The notes beneath the pieces were generated by a model. The model was given only the letters and a program-made list of their open reading frames with translations, did not search any database and had not been told where the DNA came from. Positions 7,071-18,236 of a stretch of 51,594 nt of DNA are shown piece by piece. The DNA comes from a virus. Its lineage: Duplodnaviria > Caudoviricetes. Made by a program: the position numbers and the translations under genes. Position 1 is the stretch's first letter, and each line of letters opens with the position of its first letter. Location of the stretch: positions 1 through 51,594 of the IMG/VR virus record IMGVR_UViG_3300035070_001383. One strand, given 5' to 3'.

Positions 7071-8321
7071 ATGAAGTTAAAGTTATATAACCCAACACAA
7101 CCACAGAAGGATTTTCACCAACTAGTCAACGTTGACAAGCCACTTATCTCTGTACTTGTAGCGGGAAGACAGACGGGTAAGACCTTCTTTATGCAGAACG
7201 ACGCAGTAATGCGTTGCCTAAACACCCCAAAACAGCGTGTATGGTTCGTTTCACCTATTCAGGCGCAGTCTAACAAGGTAATGAAGGACATTGAGGCTAT
7301 GTTTTCTGCACATCAGGAGCTTTTTAACCAAATTATCGTAAGATTCGACAGAAAAAACAACGAAATATACTTCCATAACGGGAGCTTTCTGAAGTTCAAA
7401 TCGGCTGATTCAGGCGACAACCTGCGTGGTGCGACCCTAGATATGATATATTTGGACGAGGCAGCATATATGAAGCTAGACCTAATAAACGCTGTATTAC
7501 TCCCAATGATTACCCGTACCAACGGTAGAGTCATAGCGGCTAGTACATTTAACGGCCCTAATTGGTTTTACGATTGGTTTACGCAGGGTCAGGACTCTGA
7601 TAATTGGGAAGATATGAAGTCTATTAAAAAGACCTACCTAGACCTCAACGACCCTGAAGTGACTAAGGTTGTTATGGGTGTTAAGAAATCTATGACCAAA
7701 TCGCAGTTTGACCAAGAGTATATGTGTCTACCTGTGAGTGCAGGGGTGTTATTTAGCAATATGGAGAGTTCAATGAGCGACGAAGTGGTCACTGACTACG
7801 AGCGAGTGTACATCGGAATGGATATCGGGGTGGCTCAGGATTACACTGTGATGACAGCGATGACTGAGGACTTCAAGGTGATTGACATACACAGGTTTAA
7901 CTACAAAGAAGAAGACCTTGACTATCAGGAGTTTAAGCAGCGCATCCGAGACTTTTACTTTAAGCACGACGACAAGTTAGCGGCCTGTTACTTCGAGGTG
8001 AACAACAACGACCTACTGTTTGATGACCTTACAGAGAAAGAGGATATGTACAAGATGATACCTTTCCTTACAACTGCAAAGAGCAAGCCCGATATGATAC
8101 GCAACCTAGTGAAGCTATTCGAGGATAAGAAGATAATGATACCTAGAAACAATGAGCTACTCAAAGAACTTTACGACTTTAAGTCTAAGCGTAACGCTAT
8201 CACAGGCAATCTACAATTCCAAAACACAGAGGGTAAGCACGATGATATGGTTATGTCCCTCGCAATCGCAGCCTACTGTGCATTTGAAGAGCAAGACGGG
8301 GGTGTAACAATGTTCTTATGA
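7071..8321 (+). CDS. terL: Terminase large subunit
   Basis: Walker A AGRQTGKT, Walker B IYLDEAA, nuclease motifs IGMDIG and HDDMVMSLAIA. Confidence 0.95.
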   Translation: MKLKLYNPTQPQKDFHQLVNVDKPLISVLVAGRQTGKTFFMQNDAVMRCLNTPKQRVWFVSPIQAQSNKVMKDIEAMFSAHQELFNQIIVRFDRKNNEIYFHNGSFLKFKSADSGDNLRGATLDMIYLDEAAYMKLDLINAVLLPMITRTNGRVIAASTFNGPNWFYDWFTQGQDSDNWEDMKSIKKTYLDLNDPEVTKVVMGVKKSMTKSQFDQEYMCLPVSAGVLFSNMESSMSDEVVTDYERVYIGMDIGVAQDYTVMTAMTEDFKVIDIHRFNYKEEDLDYQEFKQRIRDFYFKHDDKLAACYFEVNNNDLLFDDLTEKEDMYKMIPFLTTAKSKPDMIRNLVKLFEDKKIMIPRNNELLKELYDFKSKRNAITGNLQFQNTEGKHDDMVMSLAIAAYCAFEEQDGGVTMFL

Positions 8322-9013
8322 TAACGCTATCACAACATATAAACATACAGAGAATAGTAGAGTCGGGCGGTAGCCTAGAGTCTATGTTTAGTCCTTTAAA
8401 CGAGTTCGAGTCCGTACTTTTAGCCGAGGATATAGAAGAGACGTACCCACTAGATAAGAACCTGCTTAAGCCGACTTTTGATAAGAGGGTATACTACAGT
8501 GTCGAAGAAATGGTGTTCGGTCAGTTTATTATGGTTGAGCAAATACTAACAGGCAAGGCGGGGCTAAACAACTTCACTTCAGACCTAGAGCTAGCGAAGC
8601 TAATTATAAGACCTCAGAGCGACGGCGTGTTTGACAACGAGGACGGGCACAAAGAGATAGCTAACGAAGAAGATATACTATCTTACGATGTCCGTGAGAT
8701 TTACTATGTGCTAGAGAGATTCACTAAGCGCAGGAACAAGACTATGTTTCAGGATTACTCAGGAGTATTTTACGACCCTAAGGAAGAGACTGAGGACGAG
8801 GCATCTATACCTGATGACGCTCCTAACTTTCACCAACAGTGGTATTACTATTCGCTAGTGCGTATGTTAGCAAACGAGGACATAACTAAGTACAACGAGA
8901 TATATATGCTACCTATGAAAGAGGTGCTGCCTGAAATGAGCTACTTGTCTCAGAAGAGAAAGATTGAAGCCGCTGAACAGCGTAAGCAAGAAGCACTATC
9001 CAAGATAAAATAA
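8318..9013 (+). CDS. Hypothetical protein, possibly tail assembly chaperone (231 aa)
   Basis: Position upstream of the tail genes; helical C-terminus; function is inference only. Confidence 0.45.
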   Translation: MITLSQHINIQRIVESGGSLESMFSPLNEFESVLLAEDIEETYPLDKNLLKPTFDKRVYYSVEEMVFGQFIMVEQILTGKAGLNNFTSDLELAKLIIRPQSDGVFDNEDGHKEIANEEDILSYDVREIYYVLERFTKRRNKTMFQDYSGVFYDPKEETEDEASIPDDAPNFHQQWYYYSLVRMLANEDITKYNEIYMLPMKEVLPEMSYLSQKRKIEAAEQRKQEALSKIK

Positions 9014-9014
9014 T

Positions 9015-9031
9015 TCGTAAATTATAAAAAG
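9015..9031 (+). promoter_or_regulatory. Late promoter motif copy 2
   Basis: Exact TCGTAAATTATAAAAAG. Confidence 0.75.
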
Positions 9032-9043
9032 ACTAATACTTCT

Positions 9044-9478
9044 ATGAAGAACTATATATCCACATTTTCTAAAGACCTTAAGAACTTTGCGGACAGCCAT
9101 ACTATGGTTGACGATATCAAGTTCATAAGAAGCGAGAAGGAGTTGAATAATATGGTATTCGATAGAAAGACTATGTTAGTTTCTATGCTGTCTGCTAATC
9201 TAGACAATGAGGACAGTCGTCCCGTCTATGACGTTGAGTACGTTATCGCTATTATAGACAAATCTCCTAACGGCCTTTACGGTAGCAGCGCTACTGTAGA
9301 GGAGAACCTTTTTGTTGTAAGTCAGTTGCAAGACTACTTGCAGCAAGAGGGTTGGAGTGTTGTGTTCGGCGATGTGGACATACAGGCTGATTGGGATGAG
9401 TCAGGCGATTTAGTCGCTATATTGTCCTCAGCAACAGCTCAGTTCGGCAGGGGCTTAAGTAGTGAGATAGCGTTTTAA
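9044..9478 (+). CDS. Putative tail terminator/completion protein (144 aa)
   Basis: Size, acidity and position. Confidence 0.45.
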   Translation: MKNYISTFSKDLKNFADSHTMVDDIKFIRSEKELNNMVFDRKTMLVSMLSANLDNEDSRPVYDVEYVIAIIDKSPNGLYGSSATVEENLFVVSQLQDYLQQEGWSVVFGDVDIQADWDESGDLVAILSSATAQFGRGLSSEIAF

Positions 9479-10098
9479 TGGCTACCGCTGCACAGTTCAA
9501 GTCTCGCGTTAAAGTAATAGCCGTAGCTAATATAGGCGCTGAGTTCAAGAAAGCTAAGATAATAGGTAGAATAATAAGTTCAGCTAAGTCTAAGAAACAC
9601 GTAGCTACAGGTAGATTAGTTAACCCTACCACTAGCAGGAGTATAACTCCGTTTTCAGACGACAGGTGGCTTATAAGAAAGGACGCCGTAAAGGTAAGTG
9701 TAGTAACTCTTCCTAGTAATGAGTTCGCGGTGAGTAACTTGACGGTTAGGGTTAGATACGGTCTTAACGGCAAATATCAAAATCTATCGCAAGCATTTAG
9801 CAAAAATAAAAAATGGTTCCCGCCTGTTAACGCTATAGCTAAGTGGATTAGAGCCAAGCAGGGGAAAGGAGAGTTTACTGACGTAGCTCCTGAGAACGTA
9901 AAAAGGGTAGCTTTCGCTATAGCTAGGAGACAGCGCAAGAGTGGAATAAAGAAGACTAGCTTCGCTAACCACTTCTTCAACAAGAGAAACGGAGTCGAGG
10001 CAACGCTCGCGAAGGGGCTTAATCGAACAACGATACGACTAAACGAATTATACGCTACTTCTATAGGTAGGTCAATTACTAAAATGATACAACTATAA
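9478..10098 (+). CDS. Basic virion morphogenesis / tail completion-like protein (206 aa)
   Basis: PPVNAIAKWIRAK...AFAIARR..GIK motif typical of phage neck/tail completion proteins. Confidence 0.55.
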   Translation: MATAAQFKSRVKVIAVANIGAEFKKAKIIGRIISSAKSKKHVATGRLVNPTTSRSITPFSDDRWLIRKDAVKVSVVTLPSNEFAVSNLTVRVRYGLNGKYQNLSQAFSKNKKWFPPVNAIAKWIRAKQGKGEFTDVAPENVKRVAFAIARRQRKSGIKKTSFANHFFNKRNGVEATLAKGLNRTTIRLNELYATSIGRSITKMIQL

Positions 10099-13000
10099 TG
10101 GCTAACGACATTAAAAAACTATCGGCTAATCTAGACGGACTGTCAGCTAAGGTTACTAAGTTAAAGGAGAAGATGAAGGGCCTCAAGGAAGGCTCCGACA
10201 AGCACCTACAGGCTACCAAGAAACTTAACACCGCAATGAAGGCGCAGGCCACTGCTCAGGACAAGTTGCAGAAGAGCGGTAAGACCTTAACTAAGAACAA
10301 TAAGAATCACACAAACGCAATAAAGAGTAAGACAGCGGCTCTTAAGAGAGCTGAGGCTGCTACTAAATCTAACTCAAAAGCGGACAGTAAGTCTGCGGGC
10401 TTATTTGGTAGAATGACGGGTGCGTTAGGTAAGCGTATATCTACATTAGGTAAATACCTTATTGCTACAAAACTTATACAATTAGGTGTTCAGGCTCTTA
10501 GCGCTTTATTCGTAGGCACTACTAAGGCATCGTTGGAATTTGCTAACGCTATGGGTAACCTAGCTGCTGTTACAGAGGCTAGTCAAGAACAGATGGGACG
10601 ACTAAGAGAGGTCGCTCTAGATACTGCGGGTGTTACAAAGCTAACAGCAACTGAGGTGGTAAATCTTCAGAAAGAGTTAGCGAAGCTAGGAACCTCAGCG
10701 GAAGACATCGAAAGACTAACTAAGCCTATTGCCCAACTATCCCAAGCATTAGGTGAGACGGGTTCAGAGGTCGCTTTAGTTTTCAAAAATATACTCAATC
10801 AATTTAACCTTAGTACTATGGCGTCAGTAGATGTCGCCAACAGTATACAGAAGACAATAGCAAGTTCTGCGCTTACGCTACAGGGTCTAGGTGTTGGTTT
10901 CGGGTACGTGGGTACACAGGCTGCTATTAGCGGCCTTAACGTTCAGGAGACTGCTGCTAACCTTGCTATACTTGCGGACAACGGGCTAAAGGCCTCTAAA
11001 GCGGGTACAGGGTTTCGTAACGTATTAGTAGCCGCTACAAAGGCGGGTAAGACTTATAACGACTTCCTAGACGAACTAGCCGAAAAGGGGTTGAGTTCCT
11101 CAGAGGCATTAGAGTTGTTCGGAAAGAGAGCTGCTACAGCAGGTTTACTGTTGGTCAGAAACAGAGAGGAAGTTCTAGCGTTATCTGAAGCACTTAACGA
11201 TAACAAAGCTGTACTAGAGGCTCAGATTGACCAAATGGGTAACGCTGCGGGTACTGTTGAGCAGTTGAAGTCTGCTTACAATGCTTTACAGATTTCTATA
11301 GGTGATAACATAACAAATAGTAACTTCTTTATAGGTGTACTTAAGATAATAAACGCAGAAGCGGGTAGAACAGCACAGTTGTTCAAGGCTTTAGCTAGCG
11401 GGACTCAGGATACTAGAGATGGCTTTAATGACTTGGTTGACGCTTTTGCTAGACTAAACGAAGAAGGGGAAATAGATATTTTCGCGACACCTGTAGACGA
11501 GATAAACAAAACGCTAGCCGATGTTCTTCCTGCGGGTGTGCTACTAGACAAAGCTACCAAAGCGTATAGAGAAGAGATTGCTAGTGGTCAGAGAGACGCT
11601 AACGATAGCCTTTTCGAATACCTACAAGACCACAGCGTAAGATACGCGGGTCTACTCAAAATGGCCACAACTGTTACAAACGAGGCTATTGCTGAAGGTA
11701 GATTAAGGCTTCAGGGTCAGTTTGACGACATAGCTAGAGCAGAGCCATTCATAGACCGTGTAATTAAGAAGACTCAGGAGTTTGAGTCTCAGGCATTAGG
11801 CGGTACTTACGACGAAGGTGAGGGTAGAGCTTTTGAAGAGCGTATCAATCTTGAGATAGATAAGAGAGAAAAAAGTGTGGAGATTCTGAGCGGTATGGTT
11901 CAGAGAGAAATCGACCTTTGGAATGCGGACTCTAGAAACGAAGGTATAGAACGTCAAATATCAAACACTGATATATCTCTAGGTCAGGAGCAGGCAGCAC
12001 TAGACATACTAAAGAACAGGCAAAAGGCTATATTGGTTCTTCAGAACAGCGAGTCTGCATTAGACGGTAATAGAAGAGCTGCTATATCTAAGGAAGCGGA
12101 AACCATTCGCGAGCGCATAAGAGTTCGTAAGGAAGCATTAAAAGACGAACTTCAGCAGGCTAAGGACGGTCTAGATGCTGAGATTCTAAGAACGGAAACA
12201 ATAGAAGATTTATCCGAAAGAGAGGCTGCGGTAGCAGCCGCTAGAGTAGGGTATGCGGAAACTGTGTCTGCGGCAAACAACAACGCTGCTGCTGACATAG
12301 AAGGATTCATACCTATTTACGAGGAGAACCTAAAGATTGTAACTAAGGCGGTTGACGAACTACAGAGAAAAGGTCAGCTAACTCAGGAGTCGGGTATAGG
12401 TATATTTAGAAAGGTAATAAACGATTTCGGTAAGTCACAGAAGGAACTTAACGACCTAGTTAACAAGAGCTTTTCGGAAGGCGGTATAAGTCAAGCACAA
12501 TATGAGGATAGAACAGAGGCCCTAAGAGATGCTTTTGAGACTCAGGTAAATGCTCTTCTAGATACGTTTGGTATAGAGGGTGAGGCTGCTGATGCTGTTA
12601 GAGCTAAGGTGGCTGAGTTTCTTGAAACTCCCTACGAGCTTAAGGGTATCGGTGAGGGCACTCAAAACCCACTAGAGCAGATATTAGGTGTAGAGCCTGA
12701 TTCTATAGACTTCTATGTAGAGCAACTAAAGTCGTTAGTAGGAGACGCGCTAGACGTGTATAAGGACTTCGGTAAGGAGAAGATAGACAACCTCAAGAAC
12801 GAGGCTTCAGCCGAGCTAGACGTTATAAAGGAACGTTACTCTATAGAGCAAGACATACTTAAATCAAACCTAGACAACCAACTTATAACAGAGGGTCAGT
12901 TTAGGGTTAAGAGTGCCGAGCTTAAGAGAGCGCAGTTGGCTGAAGAGAACTCGGTAAACAAGAAGTTGTTTGAAGAGCAAAAGAAACAGGATAAAGCTAA

Positions 13001-13559
13001 CGCTGTAGCAGCAGGACTAGAGTCTATAGCTCAGGCTACAATACTAGCTTACACTACTAGTGACCCGTTTATAAAAGCTCCTATTCAGGCGGCTATATCT
13101 AGCGGTGTTATCGCTGCTACCACAGCAGCTAAGTTGGGTGCTATAGGAACTCGTAAGTTCTTCCCTAAGAAGTTTGAGGATGGTGGTATGGTATCAGGCC
13201 CTAGCCACTCTGAAGGCGGTGTTCCGTTTACAGTTCAAGGTAGAGGCGGTTACGAAATGGAAGGTGGTGAGTATATCATTAACAAGCGTAGCGCTTCTAT
13301 GCACAAAGAACTGCTAGACCGAATCAACAGCTCAGGCAGAACAGCCGCTGTCGTGGGTACTCAGAAGTTCGCACAGGGCGGTGAGGTTATAGGACAGCAG
13401 TCTCAAGGCAACACGGAAGAGTACCTCAGGGTGATAGCTCAAAGCAACGCGGACATAGCGGCAGAGAGCAAGAAGCCTACTAGAGCATTTGTATCTAGCG
13501 CAGACTTACGCACGGATAGCAGAGAAAGAAGTATACGTAACAATAACGATAGAGTATAA
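10098..13559 (+). CDS. Tail tape measure protein (TP901-like core)
   Basis: 1153 aa, Ala-rich and helical; LADNGLKASKAGTGFRN core; C-terminal FEDGG..GPSHSEGGV..EMEGGEYIIN. Confidence 0.9.
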   Translation: MANDIKKLSANLDGLSAKVTKLKEKMKGLKEGSDKHLQATKKLNTAMKAQATAQDKLQKSGKTLTKNNKNHTNAIKSKTAALKRAEAATKSNSKADSKSAGLFGRMTGALGKRISTLGKYLIATKLIQLGVQALSALFVGTTKASLEFANAMGNLAAVTEASQEQMGRLREVALDTAGVTKLTATEVVNLQKELAKLGTSAEDIERLTKPIAQLSQALGETGSEVALVFKNILNQFNLSTMASVDVANSIQKTIASSALTLQGLGVGFGYVGTQAAISGLNVQETAANLAILADNGLKASKAGTGFRNVLVAATKAGKTYNDFLDELAEKGLSSSEALELFGKRAATAGLLLVRNREEVLALSEALNDNKAVLEAQIDQMGNAAGTVEQLKSAYNALQISIGDNITNSNFFIGVLKIINAEAGRTAQLFKALASGTQDTRDGFNDLVDAFARLNEEGEIDIFATPVDEINKTLADVLPAGVLLDKATKAYREEIASGQRDANDSLFEYLQDHSVRYAGLLKMATTVTNEAIAEGRLRLQGQFDDIARAEPFIDRVIKKTQEFESQALGGTYDEGEGRAFEERINLEIDKREKSVEILSGMVQREIDLWNADSRNEGIERQISNTDISLGQEQAALDILKNRQKAILVLQNSESALDGNRRAAISKEAETIRERIRVRKEALKDELQQAKDGLDAEILRTETIEDLSEREAAVAAARVGYAETVSAANNNAAADIEGFIPIYEENLKIVTKAVDELQRKGQLTQESGIGIFRKVINDFGKSQKELNDLVNKSFSEGGISQAQYEDRTEALRDAFETQVNALLDTFGIEGEAADAVRAKVAEFLETPYELKGIGEGTQNPLEQILGVEPDSIDFYVEQLKSLVGDALDVYKDFGKEKIDNLKNEASAELDVIKERYSIEQDILKSNLDNQLITEGQFRVKSAELKRAQLAEENSVNKKLFEEQKKQDKANAVAAGLESIAQATILAYTTSDPFIKAPIQAAISSGVIAATTAAKLGAIGTRKFFPKKFEDGGMVSGPSHSEGGVPFTVQGRGGYEMEGGEYIINKRSASMHKELLDRINSSGRTAAVVGTQKFAQGGEVIGQQSQGNTEEYLRVIAQSNADIAAESKKPTRAFVSSADLRTDSRERSIRNNNDRV

Positions 13560-13560
13560 T

Positions 13561-14136
13561 ATGGACTACAAGTTTAGAAAAGGCTACGGCAACAGCGTTA
13601 ATTTTGGCTGTCAGTTCACCACAGAAGGTGAGCTAGACGTCGATAGCTCAGTCACAGGCATAGGTGTATATACAAACGGGACACCTGTACGTATAGAGTG
13701 GAACGTTGGCGGGCAAATTAAAGGCCTCTACGGGACTTACAATGGTGATGTGGACAAAGTATACTACGACGCACGAGTTTATACAGGAGAAGTCATCTCA
13801 GGTGGTACTATGTACTCCTACGAGGGCAGTGACCTTATGGAGTGTGCTACATTCACTTTGCAGTCTGAGATTAGCAACGCTACTTACAGCAATGCTCACA
13901 TACCCTACTACTCAAATGTAGACTACACGATAAAGACGCCTACACGCAAAGGAAGGATGGCTGACATTAACGACTTGCTATCTCACGGCAGCTTATCTTC
14001 CGTGTCAGGAAACTCTATAGTGTTTTTAGACAATTGCAAGGGATACGCTTACTCAGTGTACCCAACAACAGAGTCATTGAATACTATTAACGACAAGTAC
14101 AGAAGGTCTTTTGAATTTAAAGTAGCTAGAAAATAA
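13561..14136 (+). CDS. Putative distal tail protein (start revised to 13561)
   Basis: Follows the tape measure gene. Confidence 0.5.
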   Translation: MDYKFRKGYGNSVNFGCQFTTEGELDVDSSVTGIGVYTNGTPVRIEWNVGGQIKGLYGTYNGDVDKVYYDARVYTGEVISGGTMYSYEGSDLMECATFTLQSEISNATYSNAHIPYYSNVDYTIKTPTRKGRMADINDLLSHGSLSSVSGNSIVFLDNCKGYAYSVYPTTESLNTINDKYRRSFEFKVARK

Positions 14137-14137
14137 T

Positions 14138-16858
14138 ATGTTAGATTTTGTATTAAAAGTAAGCAGCGACGGTGTTAATTATAATAACGCTGACCTATTC
14201 CCTGACCAAGAGTTAGACTTTGAGATAGACTTCTACGACTCACTGTCCGTTGACAGTATTAAGATGCCTTTCTTTACGGATATAAAGCTGCCTCTAACAA
14301 CCAACAACCAATCCTCTAACGTGTTCAACTTTAATGTAGACACGTCTTCAGGTGCGGACTTTCCGCGCTCAGACTTTTTCTTTGAGCTTAATATATTCGA
14401 CGCAACAGGCACATTAACTTCTATATCGGGAATACTTAACGTGAGGAGCTTCGAGTACAATAGCTCAGAGCCTTACATTCAGGTGGAGCTAAAAGACCAA
14501 ATAAGTCACTACCTGTCCAAGTCTAAGGACGTTAATATATCAGAGCTTTACAGTCAGACAGAATACTCTACAGATTATCAGCTAACAAACTTCGTTAGGC
14601 TCGCACAAGGCGGCACTGTCGCAGGTGGTCAAGCAGGTCTTATAGGCGTTCACCCTGACCCTGACGCTGCTATCATATTCCCATACGTCGATATGAACAA
14701 TGACCTAGATTCCTTAGGTTACGCACAGAGAGCCTTTATGGAGTACGGAACAGGGAGAGGCAGAACAGCATTTGTTCCCGCTTTTTCTGTAACCAAGTTC
14801 TTGGAGTATCTAGGCCAATACCTAACCGCTAATACTATAGACGTTAGAGTTGACTCTAAGCTGTTTGGTGTAGGTGAGTTTGACGGAAACCCTTACGACA
14901 GCACTATGGCCCCTGAACGACTAAGGTTTATCAACACGTCTCATATGCTAGCGAAGCAAAGCGTTAACACTAGAACCTTCACTATTCAGCAAGCACTAGC
15001 TTGGGTTGGGACGAATATCTCTATGAATCAGATTTACGGTACGTTCAAGGAGAACAAAGACTTCAGAACGAACTATTGGGGGAGTATGGAGATATCAGGA
15101 AACGCGGGTGGCGTAAGCGCTGACACTTGGTCACAGGCTAATTGGGGAGCTAAGAGAAACTCTACCTCATATCCAACTAGCTCAAACGACTCTGTTAGAG
15201 GTTGGTTCTGCCCTAAGGTTTCCTACAAGGCAAACTTAAGGCTTAACGGAAATCCTACTTCTGTAACTATATCTAGGATGGACTTAGAGATTCCTGTTAC
15301 CAACGAGGACGAAATGGTTAGTGACATATCTGTTGCAAATACCACGGCTAAGTTTACTCCGTATATCGGTATATACGAGGATGGTATGATGCTTAAGAAG
15401 ATTGCTTTAGAGGACTCTAACGGCGACGCTCTAGAGCTTTCTCCTACAGGACGTGCTTTTGGTAACTCAAACAAAACCGACTCTAGCTCGCTAGGCGCAC
15501 AAGACTACATACACAGCAACGGAGACAAGGCGCTAGTCAATGAAGGCGGTGGCGGTATCTACGATACTCTTAAGTTTGAGAACATAACTGCTTACTTCCC
15601 TGACGACATAGACATAGAGGTAAATGGAGCTTCTAGGTATTCCGTGAACTACTTCCTAGAGCCTATAGAGGGCACTGTGCAGGTTACTACTGTAGATACG
15701 TTTGTGTCTAACGGCGGAACTGTTATGGCTATGGCTACGGAGTCTGTTAAAGACAAGGAGATATACGAGCTGAAGAAACTGATAACTAGAATACCTACAC
15801 TTACAGAGGCTGCTAAACTAGACATTACGTTTAGAGCTTCAGAAGACTTCTTGCCTCACAACAGTACAGACCTTATAAACATACAGGATTCTATAGCACA
15901 GACAACTACTGATACTATATACGATACCCTATTGGCTATATGTAAAAGGTTCAACTGTAACTTGCTATACGATTACGACAGCGCAACCTCTGAGCATATA
16001 CTGAGAGTAGACCCGTTGCACATAGCTAGAAACGGTTCTGAGAACGTTTACTCTATGGCTGACGACGCTGTATCTATTAAACTTTCTGAAGGCGGTAGTA
16101 AGATTAAGGCTCTTTCTTTAATCAACGAGGACTACGACGCTTACTACGACGACGAAGACAACGACGGTGTAACTATTGGCTCTACAAAGCAGACAATAAA
16201 CGAGGATGCCGCTAAGGACTTGGAAGTTAAGTTTGATTCGTCTATATTTTACAAGTCTGTATGTGGGGAAGAAACTGTGGAAAGACCCGCTAACCTAGAG
16301 TCGGGAGCATTTAGCTCAGAGCAACTAGGGCTAGCGTCTAACATACACGCGCTAAACAATGACATAGGGCTGAGGTTTGCTTTTGTACAGCCACAGAACT
16401 ACACGACGAATATACTACACCCGTTTATAGTTTACAACGAGGATATTACACTTAGCGGAGCTATGAAGACGGAGACTGAGAGAATATATACTCTAGAGGC
16501 TTACGATAATGGTGGCTCAGGATTCGGTGAACTCAGCAACGGTAACGCTAGAATGATATTCAACGGTCAGTTGTCTCACGTGAACGGACAGGGATGGGAT
16601 TTAAGAGCCGAAGACGAGAGCGGTAACACTACGGACTACTACGACCTTTATAGTGAAGGAGAAGCGCTCCTAATGGCTAATAACAGCATTATAGAGTTTG
16701 GTATGGTAGTAACTGTAGATAAGGTCGCGAACTTAGACTTCTTCCTACAGACACTTACAGCTCCAAACATAACTCCTAACAATATATTTGTGAAGAGTGC
16801 TAAGGGTAAAGTGTACGGTGACTTTGTGTATTTAACTATCGAAGCACTAATAGATTAA
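14138..16858 (+). CDS. Putative tail tip/hub protein (906 aa)
   Basis: Position; N-terminal DLFPD..F..DIKLP.T..N pattern of tail hub proteins. Confidence 0.6.
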   Translation: MLDFVLKVSSDGVNYNNADLFPDQELDFEIDFYDSLSVDSIKMPFFTDIKLPLTTNNQSSNVFNFNVDTSSGADFPRSDFFFELNIFDATGTLTSISGILNVRSFEYNSSEPYIQVELKDQISHYLSKSKDVNISELYSQTEYSTDYQLTNFVRLAQGGTVAGGQAGLIGVHPDPDAAIIFPYVDMNNDLDSLGYAQRAFMEYGTGRGRTAFVPAFSVTKFLEYLGQYLTANTIDVRVDSKLFGVGEFDGNPYDSTMAPERLRFINTSHMLAKQSVNTRTFTIQQALAWVGTNISMNQIYGTFKENKDFRTNYWGSMEISGNAGGVSADTWSQANWGAKRNSTSYPTSSNDSVRGWFCPKVSYKANLRLNGNPTSVTISRMDLEIPVTNEDEMVSDISVANTTAKFTPYIGIYEDGMMLKKIALEDSNGDALELSPTGRAFGNSNKTDSSSLGAQDYIHSNGDKALVNEGGGGIYDTLKFENITAYFPDDIDIEVNGASRYSVNYFLEPIEGTVQVTTVDTFVSNGGTVMAMATESVKDKEIYELKKLITRIPTLTEAAKLDITFRASEDFLPHNSTDLINIQDSIAQTTTDTIYDTLLAICKRFNCNLLYDYDSATSEHILRVDPLHIARNGSENVYSMADDAVSIKLSEGGSKIKALSLINEDYDAYYDDEDNDGVTIGSTKQTINEDAAKDLEVKFDSSIFYKSVCGEETVERPANLESGAFSSEQLGLASNIHALNNDIGLRFAFVQPQNYTTNILHPFIVYNEDITLSGAMKTETERIYTLEAYDNGGSGFGELSNGNARMIFNGQLSHVNGQGWDLRAEDESGNTTDYYDLYSEGEALLMANNSIIEFGMVVTVDKVANLDFFLQTLTAPNITPNNIFVKSAKGKVYGDFVYLTIEALID

Positions 16859-16860
16859 TT

Positions 16861-16877
16861 TCGTAAATTATAAAAAG
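16861..16877 (+). promoter_or_regulatory. Late promoter motif copy 3
   Basis: Exact 17-mer before the head genes. Confidence 0.75.
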
Positions 16878-16889
16878 AGAGTAATATTT

Positions 16890-18236
16890 ATGGCTACGTA
16901 TAATGACTATCCTGAATCAGCTTCTAACAACGCTAAGAAAGTGTTGGCTTGGAAGAAGAAATACGGTAGTGAAGTCAAGGGTATGACCTCTGTGGGATGG
17001 ACTCGCGCGAACCAATTGGCTAGCAATGAGAAACTCTCATACAAAACAATCGCACGTATGGCTGCTTTTAAGCGCCACCAAAAGAACGCTGCTATTGACC
17101 CTAAGTATAAGTCTACTCCTTGGAAGGACAGAGGCTACGTTGCTTGGTTAGGTTGGGGCGGAACGTCAGGAGTTAATTGGGCTATTAAAAAAGCCGAGTC
17201 TCTACGTAACTCAATGAGCGAACAAGAATTTGATGCTATGAACGAATTACCATTATTTAACATCACCCTAGACGACTTTGTAGAGGGTATGTATAAAATA
17301 TCATTAGTAGACAAGCCTGCTATCGAAGAGAACTTCCTTTACTTCAGTGAAGCGAAAGCACCTGTGCTAGAGTTCGCAAACGATGAGAAGAAAGAAGTAG
17401 TAGGCCCTATAATGATTCCTAACAAACCAATCCTCAGACATTCCCCTGAGAAAGGTTATTACAATGTTCAATTTACTGAAGAGATTATCCAAGAGATAAT
17501 GTACAAGTACAGTAAGGACGGACTTTGGAACTCATTCGGCATACACCACTCGTATGACACGCACGATGTGACTATGCTAGAAGTTTGGATGAAAGAGTCT
17601 GATAACGATAAGTCTAAGGACTATGGTTACGACCTTCCAAACGGAACAGTATTCGTTAAGACTAAGATTGAGTCTGATGAATTATTCAACGCTATCAAAA
17701 ACGGAGAGGTAAATGGCTTCTCTATTGAAATTGAAGCGAATATAGAACTAACTAATACAGAAGAAGAAATGAACGAATTTTCATTTGGTATGGAGTTGGG
17801 CAAAATGATTTCACGTATTGAGGCTTTAGAGGCTCAGAACGCTGAGTTCGCTGCTCAACTTGAGAACTTCAACGCTCCTACAGAGGAAGTTGTCGAGACT
17901 ATGGAAGAGGTTTCTATCGAACTGAACGAAGAAGAAGCAATTGAAGAAGTAGCTGAAGAAGCTGCTGAAGAGGTTGTTGCTGAAGAAGCTCAGGAAGAAG
18001 TTGCTGAAGTCGTAGAAGAAGAGCTGTCAGTCGTTGACGAGACAGTTGTAGAAGAAACAGTAGAGGAAGAGTTTTCTGCGGAAGAAGAAGTTAACGAAGA
18101 AAAGGTTGAGGAGGAATTTGCAGCACTTCAAAATGAAGAAGAAGTTGTAGAAGAGCCAAACACCGTTCTTGAGTTCAACGGAATCACTCCTGAGAAGGTT
18201 AACTTAGTTAACGACTTCTTTGCTCGTTTCAAATAA
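16890..18236 (+). CDS. Prohead protease (XkdF-like) fused to a basic N-terminal domain and an acidic scaffold-like tail
   Basis: ISLVDKPAIEENF..GPIMIPNK..GEVNGFSIE motifs; Glu-rich C-terminus; directly upstream of capsid. Confidence 0.7.
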   Translation: MATYNDYPESASNNAKKVLAWKKKYGSEVKGMTSVGWTRANQLASNEKLSYKTIARMAAFKRHQKNAAIDPKYKSTPWKDRGYVAWLGWGGTSGVNWAIKKAESLRNSMSEQEFDAMNELPLFNITLDDFVEGMYKISLVDKPAIEENFLYFSEAKAPVLEFANDEKKEVVGPIMIPNKPILRHSPEKGYYNVQFTEEIIQEIMYKYSKDGLWNSFGIHHSYDTHDVTMLEVWMKESDNDKSKDYGYDLPNGTVFVKTKIESDELFNAIKNGEVNGFSIEIEANIELTNTEEEMNEFSFGMELGKMISRIEALEAQNAEFAAQLENFNAPTEEVVETMEEVSIELNEEEAIEEVAEEAAEEVVAEEAQEEVAEVVEEELSVVDETVVEETVEEEFSAEEEVNEEKVEEEFAALQNEEEVVEEPNTVLEFNGITPEKVNLVNDFFARFK

